Assembly (NCBI GenBank): GCA_963662585.1
Contig: OY759729.1
Location: 2,176,001 to 2,240,000, forward strand
Source: Candidatus Cloacimonadales bacterium
Lineage (GTDB): Bacteria; Cloacimonadota; Cloacimonadia; Cloacimonadales; JAFGVF01
DNA: 64,000 nucleotides
Direction: 5' to 3'
Shown here: positions 29,983-43,059 of the stretch, piece by piece
How the letters are laid out: each line of letters opens with the position of its first letter
Numbering within the stretch: position 1 is the stretch's first letter
Position numbers and translations under genes: made by a program
The notes under the pieces: generated by a model
What the model saw: the letters and a program-made list of their open reading frames with translations, nothing else
Told to the model about the DNA's origin: nothing
Databases searched by the model: none

Positions 29983-30735
29983 ATGATACAAGCAGATAGT
30001 TTCTTATTAATCAGTGCTTATTTAGGTGCTGCATTAAGTACAGGTTTAGCTTCCATTAGTGCCGGAATCGGAGAAGGTTATGCTGCAGGAGAAGCAGCGA
30101 AAGCACTTGCAAAACAACCTAAATCCGGTGATAGTCTCTTGAGAACTATGCTTATTAGTCAAGCTGTTACAGAAACAGGGGCTATTTTTGGCTTAGTTAT
30201 ATCCCTTTTGCTAATATTTGGTGGAGCAGGGCATATAACTGGTAGCTGGTTCAAGGTTGGTGCTTTATTAGCATCAGGCATAGCCATGGGACTAGGTAGT
30301 ATAGGACCGGGATTTGGTGCCGGTTATACCGGAGGACAAGCCTGTAGTGTGATTTCCAGACTTCCAAAAGAATCAAACAGAGTGACCACAAATATGTTGA
30401 TTGGTCAAGCTTTGGCACAAACTGATGCAATTTTTGCTTTAGTTGTTGCCTTACTTTTATTATATAGTGTCCCTAATCCCACAGCTACAACCACATTAGG
30501 TCAGTTTGTTGTGAAAATTAGTGCTTTCCTCGGAGCTTCTTTAGCAATCGGGTTAGGTACTTTAGGACCAGGAATGGGAATTGGTTTTGTAACAGGTAGA
30601 GCTTCTAATATGTTAGGACGCTTTCCTCATGAAAGAGGGGCAATTTCAAGAACAATGTTCTTAGGTGCTGCTGTTTCAGAATCAACTGCTATTTATGCTT
30701 TAGTAGTAGCATTCCTATTAATTTTCTTCTCATAA
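29983..30735 (+). CDS. atpE: Triplicated ATP synthase c subunit (3 hairpins, 6 TM)
   Basis: Three tandem c repeats, each with a GxGxG helix, a K/R-x-P loop and a C-terminal helix (AVTETGAIF / ALAQTDAIF / AVSESTAIY). Confidence 0.9.
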   Translation: MIQADSFLLISAYLGAALSTGLASISAGIGEGYAAGEAAKALAKQPKSGDSLLRTMLISQAVTETGAIFGLVISLLLIFGGAGHITGSWFKVGALLASGIAMGLGSIGPGFGAGYTGGQACSVISRLPKESNRVTTNMLIGQALAQTDAIFALVVALLLLYSVPNPTATTTLGQFVVKISAFLGASLAIGLGTLGPGMGIGFVTGRASNMLGRFPHERGAISRTMFLGAAVSESTAIYALVVAFLLIFFS

Positions 30736-30793
30736 TCTGAGAATACAAAATAGATGTAAAATAAAAAAAAATAAAAAATCCGTTGGAGGAATA

Positions 30794-31039
30794 ATGGATC
30801 TTAATCAAGCAATAGTAAAAGCTGCAGCTTTGTTAGGCGCAGGTATCGCAATGGGAATTGGTGCTTTAGGACCAGGACTTGGTGAAGGTTTCACAGCAGG
30901 AAAGGCATGTGAAGGTATTGCAAGAACTCCAGAAAATGCAGGTTTAATCACCAGAACAATGCTTATTGGTCAGGCTGTATCTGAATCTACAGGTATCTAT
31001 TCTTTAGTGGTAGCGTTATTATTAATATTTACTGCTTAA
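30794..31039 (+). CDS. atpE: ATP synthase c subunit, Na+-binding type
   Basis: GPGLGEG ... ARTP ... ESTGIY gives the E..E-S-T..Y Na+ signature. Confidence 0.95.
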   Translation: MDLNQAIVKAAALLGAGIAMGIGALGPGLGEGFTAGKACEGIARTPENAGLITRTMLIGQAVSESTGIYSLVVALLLIFTA

Positions 31040-31061
31040 TTCTCAAAATAATGGAGAAAAA

Positions 31062-31541
31062 ATGATTAGTATAGATGTCTCAATGGTCGTAGTAATCTTG
31101 AATTTTCTACTTCTCTTATTTATCTTAAAAATGGTTTTATATAAACCGATTAAAGATATGATAAGTGAAAGAGAAAGCAAGGTTTCTGCTGATATTGATG
31201 ATGCCAATAAATCCAAAGAAGAGGCTAAGAAGTTAGTCTTAACTAAAGAGGAAGAGTATAAACAATCAGTAATTGAAGCTAGAAAATTGCGGGATAATAT
31301 TAGAAAAGAGGCTGAGTTTGATGCAGAAAAGATTCTTCAACAAGCCTATGAAAACCGTAAATCTATCGTTGCTGAAACAGAACAACAGTTAGCTCATGAG
31401 AAGAAGAAGATTAAACAACAACTTCAAGCTGAGTTAGCCGGATTAGTTTCTGGTTTAACTGGAAAAGTATTAGCTCAAAAAATCGATTCTGATAAAGATT
31501 TAGAGATTATAAACTCTATTATCGATGCTCGGAGTGAATAA
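31062..31541 (+). CDS. atpF: ATP synthase subunit b
   Basis: N-terminal TM (NFLLLLFIL..LYKPI) followed by a coiled coil. Confidence 0.92.
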   Translation: MISIDVSMVVVILNFLLLLFILKMVLYKPIKDMISERESKVSADIDDANKSKEEAKKLVLTKEEEYKQSVIEARKLRDNIRKEAEFDAEKILQQAYENRKSIVAETEQQLAHEKKKIKQQLQAELAGLVSGLTGKVLAQKIDSDKDLEIINSIIDARSE

Positions 31542-32080
31542 TGAAAGATACTAAAGCTGCTGAACGCTACGCTAATGGCTTTGTTGATGCCTTTTCAACA
31601 GAAGATATGCAAGAGCTATTAGTAGAAGTTAGAGTTCTTCAAGAAGTATTAAAAGCTAATCCAGAAATATCCGAATTACTTTCTTCCCATGTGATTAAAG
31701 AGAAAGACAAGTTAAATCTTTTAGAACCTTTCTCTTCTGAAAGTAAATTTAGTGATTATTGGCAAAACCTAATATTATTGTTGAATGAAAAGAATAGATT
31801 AGAACTCTTTAATGAGATTATCTACTTCTTAGAACAATATATATTAAGGGAATTAAACATTGTGAAAATTACAATAAAAACCGCTCATGAATTATCCAGT
31901 GAAATGAAAGAAAAGATAACTAAATTCTTAACCGATAAAGTAAAGATGATAGTTGAAGCCTCTTTTCTTCTTTCCCCTGAGGTAATTGGCGGCTTTATTG
32001 CTGAATCTGATAACTTCATTGTCGATTCTTCAGTAAAACGAAGCTTAGAGCAATTCAGACTAAGCTTAATTAAAATGTAA
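31541..32080 (+). CDS. atpH: ATP synthase subunit delta
   Basis: AERYANG, IGGF, VDSSV; operon position. Confidence 0.9.
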   Translation: MKDTKAAERYANGFVDAFSTEDMQELLVEVRVLQEVLKANPEISELLSSHVIKEKDKLNLLEPFSSESKFSDYWQNLILLLNEKNRLELFNEIIYFLEQYILRELNIVKITIKTAHELSSEMKEKITKFLTDKVKMIVEASFLLSPEVIGGFIAESDNFIVDSSVKRSLEQFRLSLIKM

Positions 32081-32090
32081 GGAATTAAAT

Positions 32091-33593
32091 ATGATAAGAC
32101 CTGAAGAAATTAGTTCAATAATAAGAGATAGAATAAAGAAATTCGCCTTAGATCAAGACATTGCCGAAACAGGTAAAGTGATTCAGGTGGGTGATGGTAT
32201 TGCTCGTGTATATGGCCTAAAAAATGTTATGTACAATGAGATGTTGCTATTCCCTAATGATGTTTTTGGTATGGCTCTCAACTTAGAAGAAGATAGTGTC
32301 GGTTGTGTTTTATTCGGCGATACTACTAAAGTTAAAGAGGGAGATATTGCCAAGAGAACTAAGAGGATTTTGGAAGTTCCGGTAGGCGAAGCCTTGCTTG
32401 GTAGAGTAGTTAATACTCTCGGACAACCTTTAGACGGTAAGGGCGAAATCAAGCAAACTGAGTTCTACGAAATGGAAAGAAAAGCTCTAGGTGTTATTTC
32501 TCGTCAGCCAGTTGTTGAACCTCTTCAAACTGGTATCAAGGCAATTGACTCTATGATACCAATCGGTAGAGGTCAGCGTGAATTAATCATTGGCGACAGA
32601 CAAACAGGTAAAACAGCTATCGCCTTAGATACTATTATAAACCAAAAAGGTAAAGAAGTATATTGTGTTTATGTTGCTATTGGTCAGAAAGAATCTTCAG
32701 TAGCAAAATTTGTAAGAACACTTGAAGAGTATGGAGCAATGGCTTATACTACAGTTGTTATGGCTGGTTCAAGTGAACCTACTGCTATGCAATATATGGC
32801 TCCTTATGCTGGTTGTTCAATTGGTGAGTACTTTAGAGATAATGGTAAGCATGCCCTGATTATCTATGATGATCTTTCTAAACATGCTGTTGCTTATCGT
32901 GAAATCTCACTTCTTTTGAGAAGACCTCCAGGACGCGAAGCCTACCCTGGAGATGTTTTCTATCTACATTCAAGACTATTAGAAAGAGCTTCTAAGCTAA
33001 GTGATAAATTAGGTGGCGGTTCCTTAACTGCTTTACCTATTATTGAAACTAAAGCTGAAGATATCTCTGCCTATATTCCTACTAATGTGATTTCTATTAC
33101 AGATGGACAGATCTATCTTTCCAGTAGATTATTCTACTCAGGAAGACGACCAGCTATTAATGCCGGTCTATCTGTTTCTCGTGTGGGTGGTTCGGCTCAA
33201 GTTAAAGCAATGAAACAAGTTGTGGGACAGCTTAGATTCGCTCTTGCTCAATACACAGAACTTGAATCATTTGCTAAATTTGGTTCAGATTTAGACAAAG
33301 CAACTCTTGCTCAATTAAGAAGAGGACAATCAATTGTTGAAATTCTTAAGCAAGGTCAATTCTCACCTCTATCTGTAGAAAAACAGATCATGATTATCTT
33401 TATGGCTAATAATGGCTACTTAGATGAGTTTGATATTGAGAAGATTGCCGAAATAGAAAAAGAGCTAAACATAACCTTAGATACTGAATTTAAAGACTTT
33501 ACAAAAACTCTTGCTGATGGTGGCTTAACAGATGAAAAGAAAGCCAAAATGGCTGAAATCTGTGACCGAGTAGCAGCTAAATTCAGAATTTAA
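32091..33593 (+). CDS. atpA: ATP synthase subunit alpha
   Basis: [40 protein letters not shown]. Confidence 0.98.
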   Translation: MIRPEEISSIIRDRIKKFALDQDIAETGKVIQVGDGIARVYGLKNVMYNEMLLFPNDVFGMALNLEEDSVGCVLFGDTTKVKEGDIAKRTKRILEVPVGEALLGRVVNTLGQPLDGKGEIKQTEFYEMERKALGVISRQPVVEPLQTGIKAIDSMIPIGRGQRELIIGDRQTGKTAIALDTIINQKGKEVYCVYVAIGQKESSVAKFVRTLEEYGAMAYTTVVMAGSSEPTAMQYMAPYAGCSIGEYFRDNGKHALIIYDDLSKHAVAYREISLLLRRPPGREAYPGDVFYLHSRLLERASKLSDKLGGGSLTALPIIETKAEDISAYIPTNVISITDGQIYLSSRLFYSGRRPAINAGLSVSRVGGSAQVKAMKQVVGQLRFALAQYTELESFAKFGSDLDKATLAQLRRGQSIVEILKQGQFSPLSVEKQIMIIFMANNGYLDEFDIEKIAEIEKELNITLDTEFKDFTKTLADGGLTDEKKAKMAEICDRVAAKFRI

Positions 33594-33605
33594 TAGAAGG
33601 TTAAT

Positions 33606-36260
<2,655 letters not shown>

Positions 36261-36286
36261 ATTACTATTAATATAATAAAAACTCA

Positions 36287-36318
36287 AGGCTCTCTACTTA
36301 GGTGGAGAGCCTGTTTTT
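36287..36318 (+). terminator. atp operon terminator
   Basis: AGGCTCTCTAC-TTAG-GTGGAGAGCCT followed by GTTTTT. Confidence 0.8.
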
Positions 36319-36320
36319 GT

Positions 36321-36352
36321 AATTGAGAATTGAGAATTGAGAATTGAGAATT
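36321..36352. repeat. (AATTGAG)4 heptamer tandem repeat
   Basis: AATTGAGAATTGAGAATTGAGAATTGAGAATT read directly. Confidence 0.9.
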
Positions 36353-36650
36353 CTTCAGTCAAAGGATGGCTTCTTCTGCCGGATTGCATGCACCCTTGCA
36401 TGCGAAATACCTTATAAAAATTGGATATTCTCTTACAATGTCAGCCATTCTTCAGTCGGAGGATGGCTGCTTATGCCGGATTGCCTGCACCCTTGCATGC
36501 GAAATACCTTATAAAAATTGGATATTCTCTTACAATGTCAGCCATTCTTCAGTCGGAGGATGGCTGCTTATGCCGGATTGCCTGCACCCTTGCATGCGAA
36601 ATACCTTATAAAAATTGGATATTCTCTTACAGTGTCCGCCATTCTTTAGT
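36351..36650. repeat. 3 x 97-bp tandem repeat
   Basis: Units start at 36351, 36448 and 36545, with a partial unit at 36642; near-identical, no spacers. Confidence 0.92.
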
Positions 36651-36711
36651 GGAAGGTTGCCTCTTCAGTCGGACGGTGGAGATTCTCTCCGCCTCATTGC
36701 AAGGCAAAGAT

Positions 36712-36957
36712 ATATCTTCCTAACTGGGAATGTGGGCTTCTAGCCCGCTATCATTGTGCAAACAATGATAAGTTCTTAAATCCCAACGGGATTAAATATC
36801 TTCCTAACTGGGAATGTGGGCTTCCAGCCCGCTATCATTGTGCAAACAATGATAAGTTCTTAAATCCCAACGGGATTAAATAAAAGCAGGCTGAAATACA
36901 GCCTGATGGATTCACGGACTAAAGGTCCGTAACCCCAGTGTTCGCAAGACTCTCCAA
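36712..36957. repeat. 2 x 84-bp tandem of the TAACTGGGA REP module, closed by an inverted GTTACGGAC module
   Basis: TAACTGGGAATGTGGGCTTC.AGCCCGC at 36721 and 36805. TTCACGGACTAAAGGTCCGTAACCCCAG at 36911-36938 is the reverse complement of the module at 50375. Confidence 0.85.
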
Positions 36958-37139
36958 AAGTTTCCTTGAGAAGACAGTCTTAGATAGGCACTATCTCCAA
37001 TTTTCTTCTTCAACAAGCTTATCAATAATTGTTATTTAGAACTAATTGCCTAAAACAACAAATACTTCTTGACAAAATAATCTTTTTGATTATTATTCAC
37101 CAAAATAATGAAAACTGATTTTTTATCAGAGGAGGAATT

Positions 37140-38495
37140 ATGTTAAAGACTGATGTATTAGTTATCGGTAGTAGTGCTGGTGGTATGGTCGCAGCTATGA
37201 CTGGCAAGAAGATTAATCCTGAAAAAAGTTTTACTGTTGTAACAAGTAATGAGAAAACACTAGTACCTTGTGGGATTCCCTATATATTCGGTACTCTAGG
37301 TACTTCTAACAAAAATATCATCCCTGTTGCAGAGAATTTTGCTAAGTTAGGAATTGACTTTATTAATAATGATGTTATTGAAATCAATAAAGAAGAAAAA
37401 AAGGTGTTATTGAGCAGTAAAGAAGAAATTTCTTTCGATAAATTAATTATTGCTACTGGTTCTTATCCATTCAAACCCTTATGGTTGAAAGGAGCTGATT
37501 TCTCAAATGTATATGCAGTGCCAAAAAACAAGATTTATTTAGATGAAATGCAAGAGAAGTTAGCAAGTGCTAACAAAATAATTATCATCGGAGCTGGATT
37601 CATTGGTGTAGAATTATCTGACGAACTTAAGAAATTAGGTAAAGATGTTCTTTTATTAGAAAGACTTCCTAATATTCTTAGCCTAGCCTTTGATGCAGAT
37701 ATTTCTGATAGAGCTGAGGCGATTCTGATTGAAAATGGAGTTAAGGTAAGAACTAATACAACAGTAAAAGAGATTACTGGAACAGATCAAGCAGATGGTG
37801 TCCTTTTAGATGATGGTACTAGAATTGAAGCAGATGCAGTTATTCTTTCCATGGGTTATAAACCCAACAATGAATTGGCGATTAAGGCACATTTAGGTAT
37901 TACCAATGCTGGATTTATCAAGGTTGATGAATATATGAGAACCTCTCATCCTGATATCTTTGCTGTAGGTGATTGTGCTGAAAAGAAACACTTTATTACT
38001 GGAGAATCTGTACCGATGATGTTAGCTTCTACAGCTTGTGCTGAAGCTAGATTAGTAGGTCTAAATCTCTTTGGTATATCAGCTATTAAAACTTTCACCG
38101 GGACTATTTCTATATTCTCTACAGCTTTAGGAAGTAAGGGTTTTGGTGTTGCAGGTATTACTGAAAAGGAAGCCAAAGCTATTGGAATAAACTATGTATG
38201 CGGTTCTTTTGAAGGTGCTGATAGACATCCTGCGTCTTTAGCTGATACTCAAAAGCAATTTGTAAAATTTATCGTTGCTAAAGATTCAGGAGTTATTCTA
38301 GGTGGTGAAGTAGCAGGTGGCTTATCTACTGGCGAACTAACTAACACTATTGGAATGATGATTCAAAACAGAATGAATATCAGCAGTTTACTTACTGCTC
38401 AAGTCGGATCACATCCATTAATGACAGCTTCTCCTGCTGGATTTCCATTAATCAAGGCAGCAGAGATGGCAGTTTTCAGAATGCTAAATAAATAA
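37140..38495 (+). CDS. Pyridine nucleotide-disulfide oxidoreductase (NADH oxidase / CoA-disulfide reductase family)
   Basis: PCGIPY, IIATGS, GAGFIGVE, TSHPDIFAVGDCA, HPL. Confidence 0.88.
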   Translation: MLKTDVLVIGSSAGGMVAAMTGKKINPEKSFTVVTSNEKTLVPCGIPYIFGTLGTSNKNIIPVAENFAKLGIDFINNDVIEINKEEKKVLLSSKEEISFDKLIIATGSYPFKPLWLKGADFSNVYAVPKNKIYLDEMQEKLASANKIIIIGAGFIGVELSDELKKLGKDVLLLERLPNILSLAFDADISDRAEAILIENGVKVRTNTTVKEITGTDQADGVLLDDGTRIEADAVILSMGYKPNNELAIKAHLGITNAGFIKVDEYMRTSHPDIFAVGDCAEKKHFITGESVPMMLASTACAEARLVGLNLFGISAIKTFTGTISIFSTALGSKGFGVAGITEKEAKAIGINYVCGSFEGADRHPASLADTQKQFVKFIVAKDSGVILGGEVAGGLSTGELTNTIGMMIQNRMNISSLLTAQVGSHPLMTASPAGFPLIKAAEMAVFRMLNK

Positions 38496-38513
38496 ACTCA
38501 TAATAAACTCATA

Positions 38514-38543
38514 AAAAAAGGGTAATCAGATGATTGCCCTTTT
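38514..38543. terminator. Bidirectional terminator
   Basis: AAAAGGGTAATC-AGAT-GATTGCCCTTTT. Confidence 0.8.
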
Positions 38544-38560
38544 ATCGTATTATTTACAAA

Positions 38561-39382
38561 CTAATCAAATACTTTTTTATGTCTTAACAAAGGAGGGATG
38601 AATCTAAGGCTAATATTTGAATCATTTGCTATAGGATGATAACCTGTGAGATTTTCTAATGAATAAGGGAAGCTAGGTTTAAAACCAGCACGAATCATCA
38701 TCATTGCAACTTTATCACTAACTTCAGGATTAAGTATATTATAGGAATCATGAGCATAATTATTCCAATTTTCTTTAGCTTTTTGAATAATAGTTAAAAG
38801 TGATTCATTGATATTTTTTTTATCCAGCTTAGAAAACTCAGCATTTAAATTCAGATAATCATTTCTTACTAATCTAAAACTCAATATTTCGGCTAATTCA
38901 GCTTCATCCTGACAACTTTCAATCTCTTTTCTGCTTATAAAAATATATTCACCAGGATAATAGGGAGCATCATTATTAGTTTCTAAGACAATAGCATGAT
39001 ATTTCATAGTATCACTTACAAGTGAAAGCAAGAGATTGATATATCTCTGAGCATCTTTCTGAGGATTAATTATATCTTTGATGTCCTCGTAGATGAATTC
39101 TTCAATATATGGCAGAGCAATAAACCAATTTTCAGATTTATAACTATCATAATCAATCACTATTTCAGGTAATATTTTCTTGTTATTTTGAACTATCAAA
39201 TGATAGTCTGGAGCAGTGCTTCTTCTAAAGTCGCCTACTTCTCGCATTCCTAAGTGAATATTATCTATCGTCTTATTTTGGTTTTTACTATTTTCCTTAT
39301 TATCCTTACAGCCAAAATAGAATGATGAACAGCCAACTAAACTAAACATTGCTATCAAGATTAATATTAAACTCTTTTTCAT
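38561..39382 (-). CDS. Lipoprotein with degenerate M48-peptidase-like segments
   Basis: Lipobox LVGC; PGEYIFISR...DEAELAEIL and MIRAGFKP, but no HEXXH. Confidence 0.6.
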   Translation of the reverse strand: MKKSLILILIAMFSLVGCSSFYFGCKDNKENSKNQNKTIDNIHLGMREVGDFRRSTAPDYHLIVQNNKKILPEIVIDYDSYKSENWFIALPYIEEFIYEDIKDIINPQKDAQRYINLLLSLVSDTMKYHAIVLETNNDAPYYPGEYIFISRKEIESCQDEAELAEILSFRLVRNDYLNLNAEFSKLDKKNINESLLTIIQKAKENWNNYAHDSYNILNPEVSDKVAMMMIRAGFKPSFPYSLENLTGYHPIANDSNISLRFIPPLLRHKKVFD

Positions 39383-40551
39383 TTTATCCTCTCAATATTT
39401 TCTATTCTCTCTAAAATATTAGTATAGAGTGTTTGATTATCAATAATTCTTTCAATCACTCCTGTCTCAAGTAGAAAGAAAAACTCATCCTCTAAATTAT
39501 GATAAGTTATTTTCTTACTTTTGCCTATTTTATTTTTGAATTCTGAATACCATAGTTTATAATTAGCATAAGATGCTAGTAATCTGTTGACTTGAGGATG
39601 ATGCTTGTAGAGAACTTTAAGGTGTTTTAAATAGATAAAAATTACTTCATAAAGAGGAAATCTCTCTTTATATAGTTCCCAAGGAATGATGCTGTTAAGC
39701 TTTCTACTTGACATCTGCTGATAAACCCTTTCATAAAAAGGATTTGAAAATTCTCGTAGGGGAGAGCCAGAAGGGAAATCTCGACTATACATTTTTTCAT
39801 AGCTTTCTACATATTGAGGATATTTCTTTTTAATAACATTCATAAAGAGATCTTTATTTTTTCCTGGTCGCAGGGTTAATCCACCAGGTAAGACAAAACT
39901 CGGTTTTAGCGATGCGTATAGGTCAAAAAGTCTTTCCAAATCTACTTTATTATCTACTAATTCAGGAAGTAGAGGCATTGCCATAATACCAATTGAGATC
40001 CCACGGCTTTTAAGCAACTTTAATGAATCTACTCTCTCATCAATAGAAGAAGCATTTGGTTCGATTATCTGGCGATCTTTATCATCTGGAAAGGTTAAGG
40101 AAGAAGCCACTGTAACACCTGCTAGCTGATTCAACTCAGCTAAGAGATCAATGTCTCTAATTATATTAGCAGATTTGGTGATGATAAAGAGAGGGTATTT
40201 GTATTTTATCAGTACTTTCAAAGTTTTAGTCATTATCTTCTCTTCTAATTCACATGGTTGGTAAGTGTCTGAAATGCCTGAACCAACTAAAATAACCCCC
40301 CAATCTCTTTCTTTGGCTAATTCTTGTTCTAAGAGCTCTGCTGTATTCCTTCTGATTACGATATCTTTTTCAAAATTTCCTTCAACGAAATACCTCTCAG
40401 CTCTGCCATCACAGTATTTGCAACCATGTTGACATGCCATATAGGGTGAAAAAGAGTACTTACTCACGAAATAAGTATCTAAGAGACTTCCCTTTTTCAA
40501 TATCTTTTTTACTTCTCGGTAATGTTTTGTTATCATGAATATATAAAACAA
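39379..40551 (-). CDS. Radical SAM protein (spore photoproduct lyase-like / Rv2578c family)
   Basis: SPYMACQHGCKYC, SDTYQPCE, ITKS, RDIDLL, EPNASS. Confidence 0.85.
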   Translation of the reverse strand: MFYIFMITKHYREVKKILKKGSLLDTYFVSKYSFSPYMACQHGCKYCDGRAERYFVEGNFEKDIVIRRNTAELLEQELAKERDWGVILVGSGISDTYQPCELEEKIMTKTLKVLIKYKYPLFIITKSANIIRDIDLLAELNQLAGVTVASSLTFPDDKDRQIIEPNASSIDERVDSLKLLKSRGISIGIMAMPLLPELVDNKVDLERLFDLYASLKPSFVLPGGLTLRPGKNKDLFMNVIKKKYPQYVESYEKMYSRDFPSGSPLREFSNPFYERVYQQMSSRKLNSIIPWELYKERFPLYEVIFIYLKHLKVLYKHHPQVNRLLASYANYKLWYSEFKNKIGKSKKITYHNLEDEFFFLLETGVIERIIDNQTLYTNILERIENIERIK

Positions 40552-40619
40552 GGATGGTTTTTTTTGTCAATGAGAAGATTGTTTCGGTGTTTCTATCATA
40601 GAGGATAGTACAAGTTTTT

Positions 40620-40938
40620 TTATTTCGACAGTATCATCTTCTTGGTTGAACTAAATAGTCCAGATCCATTTAGCGACAGAAACCCCTGAATACATCCAGA
40701 AATTAGCATTCATATCAGTCCAAGAATTCAAGGGAGCTCCACTAATTTTTACTTCAGTTCCTGGCAGAATTGTGAGGGTTACACCTGCATCAATATAGAG
40801 TATTTCGGTAACCAAGTAAGGACTATTTTCGGGGGACCATATCGTATCTTCAGTAAGATGACCACCGACCTCTATTGACCAAAGTGAAGCTATACTTATT
40901 ATACTCATTAATATCATAAATAAACATTTTTTAAACAT
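40620..40938 (-). pseudogene. Internally deleted secreted (T9SS-type) protein gene
   Basis: Signal peptide plus IEVGGHLTEDTIWSPENSPY...LTILPGT, followed out of frame by SGLFSSTKKMILSK*, a typical sorting-domain end. Confidence 0.6.
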
Positions 40939-40967
40939 CTGCCTACCCTCTTTTTTTAAAATATTAA

Positions 40968-41000
40968 GACTCTCCTTCTTAAAATATTAGAAGGAGAGTT
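40968..41000 (-). terminator. Hairpin terminator after the GLUG/CTD gene
   Basis: ACTCTCCTTCT...AGAAGGAGAGT. Confidence 0.6.
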
Positions 41001-41017
41001 ATTTGTAAAGTAATTTT

Positions 41018-42754
41018 CTATTTCATGAGAATGCCTTTTGTGTTACTAACACCTTTATCTGTCTTAATTCTAAATAAATATAAGCCTGAAGCAACTCTAC
41101 TATATCGATTATTTACTCCATCCCAAGTAAAATTATGAGAACCGGCTGATTGCTGAGCTAAGTCTTTTGTATAGACTTTTTGCCCTTTAATATTATAAAT
41201 TTCGACATCTACAATACCAGCTTGCTTAAGAGTATAAGAAATCGTAGTTGTTGGATTAAAAGGATTAGGATATAGAGAGTTTATAATAACATCAGAAACA
41301 GCGTTAACTTCTATATTTTCTTCTAATTCCTCATTTTCAGTTGCAACAATATTGTAAGTTAGGTATGGATAGCCATCATTAATTTCAGGATTTATATCCC
41401 AGACATCCCAATTTGCAACATCAGCATAGGGATCTCCTACAAAATCCCAAGGAAGATAATCATAAACTTGAGTATAAGTGGCAACATCTTTCATTTGAGC
41501 AGTAGTCATACCATCAGCATGAATCAAAACTTCAGGATTTATCTCTGCTACTTCATAATCCACATAATTATCATATCCAACCCAAAACTCATTTCCGCTG
41601 GGTATTGTAAATCCTGCATCTCGGCCTGATCCTATAATTCGATTAGCTGTATATGATCTATTTATACCTCCGTAAAGTTGAACATAGAAGTCACCAGCAA
41701 AGAGGTTAATACCAAAACTATTACTTAGTTGAGCATAGATATCAACCATAGTGTAACTATTAGAAATAAAACAAAACACTGCAGAACCAATAAATCCACC
41801 TGTATAATCTGAACCGGTTATAAATCCTTTGGCACTACAACCAGCTATTTCAGGGAATTGAGGAGCAGGATTATCAGCATCGCTTCCTCTCATGGAACCT
41901 ACAAATCCACCCACATACTCGAGGCTTTCATTATTTAAAGATTCTATCTCTGTATAGGAATGACAATCCACAATATCATAATCATTACTCCCCACAAAGC
42001 CTCCAATATAAGAACCACCATTTAGTGTAATGTATGATTCACTCTCACAGAGAAAAATCTCTCCCCCGTTTATACCTATAAATCCTCCAACATAATTCAA
42101 ATCATCATGCTCACTGTAAAGTTCTAAGGTGCTAGTGCAGTTTTGAATCCTTGAGCCTGAAGAAGAACCAACAAATCCACCTATCCTACCAGCATAGGAA
42201 ATTAAGTCTGAAACAGTAATGATAGCATTTGAAAAAGAATACTCTATCAATGAATCAGAAACAAATGCAGATATTCCTCCACTTTTTACATAACATAAAA
42301 TACTTCCTGATACAGTAACATTATACACAGAACTTTCTGAAGTTATTCCTATAGCTAATAAGCCTACAATGGAACCAGTATAATTAAAATCTCTTAAAGT
42401 TAAATTTTTAACTAGACCACCAGTTATCTGTCGGAAGAAACTTGCATTACCATCAACTCCACGATTAAGGTAATGATTGAGAATTTCATAGCCTCCCCCA
42501 TCATACTGTCCAGAAAACCAAATATCATTCCATTCAGCTACTTCATTTACATTAGCAGACTCAGAAGCATCAATATCCGCTATTTGAAGAAAATAGCTAC
42601 CCCAGGCCTCTTCAGTCTCAGAAAACCAAACTAAGTGGTCAAATTCACTCATTAAGTATGGGTCTTCTTCCGTCCCTGCTCCAGGGGGGAGTAATCCCTG
42701 TCCAAATAACATAACGCTACAAACACATATCAAAGTTACTAAAATAAACTTCAT
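41018..42754 (-). CDS. Secreted GLUG-motif protein with FlgD-Ig / T9SS type A sorting domain
   Basis: GAGTEEDPYL, repeated VGGFVG, INDGYPYL; C-terminal YPNPFNPTTTISY...IYNIKGQKV...WDG...VASGLYLFRI...TKGILMK. Start placed at MKFILV after RBS GGGAG. Confidence 0.88.
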   Translation of the reverse strand: MKFILVTLICVCSVMLFGQGLLPPGAGTEEDPYLMSEFDHLVWFSETEEAWGSYFLQIADIDASESANVNEVAEWNDIWFSGQYDGGGYEILNHYLNRGVDGNASFFRQITGGLVKNLTLRDFNYTGSIVGLLAIGITSESSVYNVTVSGSILCYVKSGGISAFVSDSLIEYSFSNAIITVSDLISYAGRIGGFVGSSSGSRIQNCTSTLELYSEHDDLNYVGGFIGINGGEIFLCESESYITLNGGSYIGGFVGSNDYDIVDCHSYTEIESLNNESLEYVGGFVGSMRGSDADNPAPQFPEIAGCSAKGFITGSDYTGGFIGSAVFCFISNSYTMVDIYAQLSNSFGINLFAGDFYVQLYGGINRSYTANRIIGSGRDAGFTIPSGNEFWVGYDNYVDYEVAEINPEVLIHADGMTTAQMKDVATYTQVYDYLPWDFVGDPYADVANWDVWDINPEINDGYPYLTYNIVATENEELEENIEVNAVSDVIINSLYPNPFNPTTTISYTLKQAGIVDVEIYNIKGQKVYTKDLAQQSAGSHNFTWDGVNNRYSRVASGLYLFRIKTDKGVSNTKGILMK

Positions 42755-43059
42755 TTTTTGCTCCCTTTTCTTTACAATACCCATATCTTTAAATTTAAAT
42801 TAAATACAGAGAGAGTAATCCTCCCTCTGTAATCTATTACTATTTTTGTACTTTTTCTGTCAACTATTTCATAAGAATCATTAACAGTAGATGAATTTAT
42901 TAAAATGTATGAAGAGGTAAAATAACTGGAATAGGAGTGAGGTAACTTTAACTTGGAGGCTTCTACTAAAAACAATTGGAATATTTGTTTTGGAGTAAAA
43001 TAAATGGAGGAATTTAATAGACAATAAATTATTATGATGTCAACTCATCGTGAGAGCCT

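Noticed and set aside
36366..36723. ORFs of 81 and 100 aa
   Set aside because: They are translations of the 97-bp tandem repeat (period not a multiple of 3) and lack an RBS.
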